Part shown: piece by piece, positions 58,985-64,000 of the stretch
Position numbering within the stretch: position 1 is the first letter of the stretch
Layout: the number at the start of each line of letters is the position of its first letter
IMG/VR virus record: IMGVR_UViG_3300028215_000034
Length of the DNA stretch: 64,000 nt
Origin: an uncultured virus (IMG/VR IMGVR_UViG_3300028215_000034)
Lineage: Duplodnaviria > Heunggongvirae > Uroviricota > Caudoviricetes > Schitoviridae
Reading direction: 5' to 3' (one strand)
Position numbers and translations under genes: made by a program
Notes under the pieces: generated by a model
Database searches by the model: none
The model's input: only the letters and a program-made list of their open reading frames with translations
Told to the model about the DNA's origin: nothing

Positions 58985-59499
58985 AGCAAGAAAGGCGTTT
59001 GAAGCGTGGGCAAAGTTAGCGTTTCCTCACATGAGTCTTTTAAAAAAAGGCGACACGGATAAGTATGTTTATAAAACTGCCAACTTTGCATGTGAAGCAT
59101 TTTGTGAAGGTGAAGCGTGGCAGGCCAGCCGCCAGGCGCTTGAGGGTGAGCCGGTGGCTTACATTACAGAACGCAAATTAGAATGGTTAAAGTCTGGCCC
59201 TGTGCTCTCAGCAGTTGTTTATAGAAAGCATTCAGAAGGCTCTATTCCGCTCTATACCCACCCTGCCAGCCGCCAGGCTGTGAGTGTGCCGGAGTGGATT
59301 AAGTGTAGTGATCGGCTACCTGCTGAATATGATGGGGATTTTGAAGGTTTGGTTTGGGTAAATGATCGAGATATGACGTTACCTAAATACGCACAGTCAA
59401 GGGTTCACTGGAGCCGTGTCCGTGGAATTGCTGGATACACGCACTGGATGCCAACGGGGGTTTAGACGCCCACAGCCGCCCAAGCAGGAGGGCGAGTGA
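58977..59499 (+). CDS. DUF551-containing accessory protein, apparent extra G near 59460
   Basis: WIKCSDRLP...THWMP. Removing one G from the G5 run extends the frame to RRPQPPKQEGE*. Confidence 0.7.
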
Positions 59500-59580
59500 T
59501 GGTCAAACTGACACTAATGGATAAGCACTCTAGCGGCTGTCATGTTCTGGCCCTTTGGAGAACGGCCCAAGGAGAATTGT

Positions 59581-59868
59581 ATGGATGATCGTAGTTTGAA
59601 CATCATGGCACGGCTTCAATCGCAGGTTGCAATACAAGATGCCAGGGTCCGGTCAGATCCAGTACCTTATTTACAGGAGGCACATAGCCTAATCTCTGAA
59701 GCGCACACATTACTGCAAGACCTGAAGTGGGTTCTGGACGGCTTAGATAGCTTCGATATGATCCAAGAAATAGCGCCATTAATGGAGCCGAAAGACTTTA
59801 ACGGCGAAGCGCTTCTGAGATGCCGGAAGGCCCATAAGATGATCCGCGCCTTTGAGGCCAAGAGATGA
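59581..59868 (+). CDS. Hypothetical protein
   Basis: AAGGAG RBS before ATG 59581. Confidence 0.6.
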   Translation: MDDRSLNIMARLQSQVAIQDARVRSDPVPYLQEAHSLISEAHTLLQDLKWVLDGLDSFDMIQEIAPLMEPKDFNGEALLRCRKAHKMIRAFEAKR

Positions 59869-60053
59869 GCGAGCACATTAAAAACGAAGCTAATTGGCGG
59901 GACGGAACTATTGATGACATTCGAGCGTTTTTCGAAAACGGAATAGGCCGAGTGGAGCGGGCCAGGGTCTTTCACTCTGCGGTGTGCACAGATGCCCCGG
60001 CAATGGCCAGTCGCGGCAAGGGTAAGAAGCGGAAGCAATGGGAGGTCCGGTAA
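59865..60053 (+). CDS. Hypothetical protein with basic C-terminus
   Basis: ATGA overlap with the previous ORF. Confidence 0.45.
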   Translation: MSEHIKNEANWRDGTIDDIRAFFENGIGRVERARVFHSAVCTDAPAMASRGKGKKRKQWEVR

Positions 60054-60134
60054 CTGATTCCTCCCCATTAAGTGGGATGCGCGCAGTTGGGGTGGGTGGT
60101 ATGCTCGAAAATCATGCTCTGAAAGGGAATTGAT

Positions 60135-60467
60135 ATGGGTATTTCAATCTGGCAGGTGGTCGTTTTTCTTGGCGGGAGCTTCATCCTGTTCGTCCCGTGC
60201 CTCGCGGCGCTGGCCTCCAGGAGAGTCAAAGGGTGGGATAAGGCGCTATGGGCTTTCTTGTCGCTTTGCTTGAGTTGGGTCGGTTACTTCGGGTATTACC
60301 TCCTTATGGTCCGAAAATCTGCCGACACCGCGGACGGGGCTTATTCGGCCAAAGAGGGGTGTAACTTGTTCGCCACCCCCGATTCATCCGGATTTCTGGT
60401 GGGGCGTTGGCGTTGCGACAGCAATCGCTGCCGCGGCTACACTTCGCCTTCGATTCTTTCGGGTTGA
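60135..60467 (+). CDS. Small membrane protein (MGISIWQ..., two TM helices)
   Basis: Two hydrophobic helices in the first 60 aa. The C-terminal half may be out of frame. Confidence 0.55.
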   Translation: MGISIWQVVVFLGGSFILFVPCLAALASRRVKGWDKALWAFLSLCLSWVGYFGYYLLMVRKSADTADGAYSAKEGCNLFATPDSSGFLVGRWRCDSNRCRGYTSPSILSG

Positions 60468-60480
60468 CGAGTACCGTCAA

Positions 60481-60681
60481 ATGTCATGGATGGACTGGTG
60501 CGGGCATTGCGCGCTGGTCGGGATCCTCACCATCTTTTCGACAGCGATAATAGATTGGGAGATACTTAGAGCGGCGGGGGTGTTTCTGCTTATTCCACTC
60601 TACCCGATAGCCCTCCTTGGCCTGCTCTGCAAGCTGGACGATATGCTAACCAGCTTTGTGCGGGGATGGCGAAAGCGCTAA
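60481..60681 (+). CDS. Small membrane protein
   Basis: Two hydrophobic segments. Its stop overlaps the convergent polyvalent gene's stop. Confidence 0.5.
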   Translation: MSWMDWCGHCALVGILTIFSTAIIDWEILRAAGVFLLIPLYPIALLGLLCKLDDMLTSFVRGWRKR

Positions 60682-63600
60682 TCTTCGGCCTCGTTGTACC
60701 GCTTGTTAAACTGGTCGATAGCTCTCTTCATCCGAAGCTCTATCTTGCGCAGCCTTTCATCCTGATCTTCTGCCGATAAGTCCATCGCCTCAATCCTGTC
60801 ACGCTGATTGCGCAGGTTCTTCATGCGCGTTTCCACGGATTTCATGACGCCACTCAAGCGCATTTTCCCGCGATACTCCTTGATAAACTCAATCCGTTCT
60901 CTGCCCCGCAGGTTGTCGCGCTCATCGTGCAGCTGATTGATTTCATCGCGCCGGTCGTAGAACTTGGACTGGTCCTCGTAGGGCAAGACCTTGCCATTTA
61001 GCTTGCGATAAAACGCTATTTCTCGATCCTCAAGCTCAACCCCCTGCGCCAGCTTGGTGGCCATATTCGGGATACGGCTAGAATAGAATGTGTAAGCGGC
61101 GCCGCCAAAGTAGCCCACTAAATATTCCATGATGTCTGGGCTAAAATCGGCGCCACCACTTCGGTATTCACTGCCCCCTGTCAATTCGTTTAGCCCTTTT
61201 GCTATTTTCTTGTACATCTCAGGAGTGCCCCTGGACGACAAGGCGCTGTCCGGCTTCGGAGTGCCAAACGGGAAGTTCTCTTTATAAATCCGCCCGCCCA
61301 TGAAGTTTTCGTTCAGGGGAATAGCGACCAACGGCTTCAGGACCGTGGGCGTGATGTTTTTTGCCGCAGAACCCACCACAGTTTCCGAATCCTCAAAGCC
61401 TATAGGCGAGAAGCTGCCAAGTGCCGCCAAAACGACGTTGCCAGAAATCTCACCAGCCGATTTGTTGCTGTTAATCAGGTCGTCCACGCTGAGGCCGATC
61501 ACCGGGAATATGTTGTACCCGTAGGGCAGCGGGATTGTATGGAACGTCCCCGGATCGCCACCGTAAATCGACTTCATGATTACAATGTTGCGCTCTTTCA
61601 CGTAGTCGGGCACCTTGTCCCACCAGTTCACGCCATCATCATCATCGCCGGCAACCATGCGCTGCAGCATGGAGTTGAAAAACCCGCCAATGGCCATCAT
61701 CGCCCCGAGCTTTTGGGCTTTATTGAGGCGACTCCACATCTTGTCGCCTTTCTTACCGTTGAGTCGGCCCATAGTGCGAATGAAGTTTGCGTTTCCCTGC
61801 ACGGATGCGTTGGCGAACATGAAGAGCGCATTCATCGTGGCGCCTTGGGAGCCTCTGCGGTTAAAGTTTACGGTCATGTTCTTGGCAAGAGAGGATGCTT
61901 TATTCCTTGAAGCCCCGGCCTCAATGGCGTTGACGTAGGCAGAGAGCCGAACGCCGTTCTCAACTGCGGAGTTGCTGTCATCTACCCATTTGGCTATCGC
62001 GCTCGCAGCCTGCCGGGTAGTGTTCCACGCCCCGCCACTGGCCATGCCGATCTTTTTTCAAGATCCTTTACCTGGCCGTCCAAATCCTTCATATCAAAAT
62101 AGCCAGTCTTGGCGCCGTCCGCCCGGAACCGGTCAAAGTGCGCTTGCCATTCACCTGACTTCCCGGTCAGCTGCTTGCCTTTCAGAGAGGCATTGATGGC
62201 ACGAACCGCGATAGCGGTATCCTTTAAGGTCTTGGCAACAATTTTCTTGCGTCGCACCAGTCCGTCGTCTGCCGACTGCTCGGACGTTAGGTTCAGAAGT
62301 GCAGTTTGAAGGTCGCGCGCAAAGTTTGTAACCGCAAACTCAGGAGAGTAAGCGGTATTGAGTGACGACATAGCCCGCGTGACCGGCCCCAGGGCCTTCA
62401 CTATTAGGTTGTTATCCTCCACCCCGACATTGCTCATGGCGTTCATCAGGCGCTGATCCTGATCGGTTCCGATCTTGATGTAGTAGGTTTTTCCGTCAAC
62501 TTTCGTGGTGAAGTACCGGCCTCTGGCGATGGATGGAGGGATGGCTGTCTCTTTGTTCTCCAGACCTTTTTCCCGGTGACAGGATCTTTAACCGGTACCA
62601 CCTTGCGCTCAACTTCAGGGTTCTCGTCTGTGAATATCTTCCAATAGCTATCATTGGGATAGTCGAGCACCAGATTCATAAACGCGTTGCCCACCTCGTT
62701 TTTGCGACGGCGAAGAACCGCCTCGGTCAAGTCGCTGATCGTGTTGGCTAGTGGCGAAGCCGCCCTCGATCTGCGCCCCGCTGCCATTCTGGACTCTTTG
62801 CCTGAAATCGAAAACCCCCTGCCAGCCTTGGGCATGGCCGTCTGTTCCTCGTCTGCGGCAAAGCCCTTCAGTGGCACGTAAAACTTATATGAAGCCTCCC
62901 ACGCCCCCACGGTTTCCTCGTCCAGAAGGCCGGAGTTTTTCAGGATCTTGCGCCGCATTTCGGTCATTTTGTGAATTTTCTTGGCCAACTCAAAATACTG
63001 CGGCATTCTCCCGCTTTGATCCACGCGGCTGATAATCTCGGCTGCGGCGGCATTGGTCATACCTGATCCGCCGTCTTGCATGTTTGCTATACCGGGATTA
63101 CGCTCAGCAATCACCTTGTTGCGCTCCGGCGCATGAAGGGCGTAAGCGAACTTATCAAGCTGCTTCATGGTGATTTTATATTCGTTCATTTTCGCGGCCA
63201 GAGGGTCAACCATGTTTTCCTCGATCAACCGGAGGTCATCTTCGATCTTGCCGTGCATCCTTTCCTCGGTCCGATAGGCGTCCGAGCGTTCATCAATCTC
63301 CCCAAACTGATCGGCGATGTTTTTCTGGATACCCTTTAAAACCGTGTGCTTGTCTGCGAGTCGTGAGACAAGCCGGCGCACCATGGTATCGCTTGGCGGC
63401 CCAAACGGCTGCGGATCTGGCCCACGACTGAACCGAATGTCCGGGTTGCCCGAATCGAAGGTGCCGTCGTTGCCAGTGGCGGACTTGATTTGGCTGGGGT
63501 TGAAGGCAATAACTTCCATGTATTCGTGATTTATAATTCCGTCATATCCCTCACGCTGCATTTCAGCAATCATTTCAGGTGTCAGGTATGCCGTGTTTTT

Positions 63601-64000
63601 GTCTCGATTTCTCGGGAATTTGCCCGGTCCTTTTTCGGACGTGCTCCGAAGCTTGCCTCGCAATGACTGCCAAAAGCCGTCTGCCCGTATGACTTTCGGG
63701 TTTTTGATACTGAGGTAAACCGGCATCACCTGGCCGCCACCCGCGTATTTTGATGCAAGTTCTTGGTTATCTGTGAAGTATGCTCCGGCTCCGCCTACCT
63801 TTCCGTCCGTATCAAACTCCGTAAACTCTGCGCTCGTTCCGTGATAAACAACCAACGGCGCACCACTCTCATTCACCACCCTGCTATCGCCAAACCATTC
63901 ACGGAATGCGGCAGTGTTGGTCTGGCCGCTGCGGCTGAAATACGCCTCAGCCTGCGCAATCTCATCGTTGACGGATTGAACGGTTACAACGGACTCGTCC
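60678..64000 (-). CDS. Large polyvalent (virion-ejected) protein, C-terminal part: ADP-ribosyltransferase-like domain + LPD38; two apparent frameshifts; 5' end outside window
   Basis: Frame is open from the window end: FREWFGDSRVVNESGAPLVVYHGT...YFT...PVYLSIKNP...GYDGII...QIKSATGNDGTFD (ART-PolyVal-like), YVPLKG, NFARD, ENGVRLSAY, TVNFNRRG, IPLPYGYN (LPD38-type). Breaks near 62565 and 62055 lie at A-runs. Confidence 0.85.

Noticed and set aside
58255..60135. Prophage attachment site or integration boundary
   Set aside because: No integrase, tRNA or att-like repeat, and the flanking genes are phage-like rather than host genes.
1..64000. tRNA genes, reverse transcriptase/DGR, stop-codon reassignment
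   Set aside because: I recognised no cloverleaf and no RT motif. Long genes read through in the standard code, and the breaks are frame changes rather than in-frame stops. tRNAscan-SE was not run.

Overview
Positions 1 to about 58.3 kb are most of an N4-like (Schitoviridae) lytic phage genome, apparently opened at a permuted point. In order: the end of a ribonucleotide reductase gene, the replication module (gp42-type nuclease, primase, Sak4-like ATPase, SSB, RuvC-like resolvase), then on the minus strand the giant virion RNA polymerase, ejection and structural genes, major capsid, portal and terminase. The probable physical genome end lies near 36.9-37.1 kb. After it come the early small-gene region, a Drc/gp2-like cofactor, the two RNAP II subunits, a DNA ligase, an AAA+/vWA pair, helicase, DNA polymerase and nucleotide-metabolism genes. 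From about 58.3 kb the sequence changes character: a cassette-like array of DUF551-type small genes, two small membrane genes and the C-terminal part of a large polyvalent protein (ART plus LPD38), which N4-like phages do not normally carry. This could be a recombinant or a chimeric assembly. Several essential genes are split by single-base indels in homopolymer runs, most likely sequencing errors. Main leads: (1) a ~4,270-aa, apparently Cys-free vRNAP with an inserted SLOG/DprA-like domain; (2) six intergenic hairpins with N4 vRNAP-promoter architecture (variable stem, TCC loop, T-tract, RTG) in front of middle and replication genes rather than at the left end; (3) recurrent structured leaders in the early region; (4) a candidate anti-defence gene pair after SSB. 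All family calls come from recognising motifs by eye; no database searches were run.
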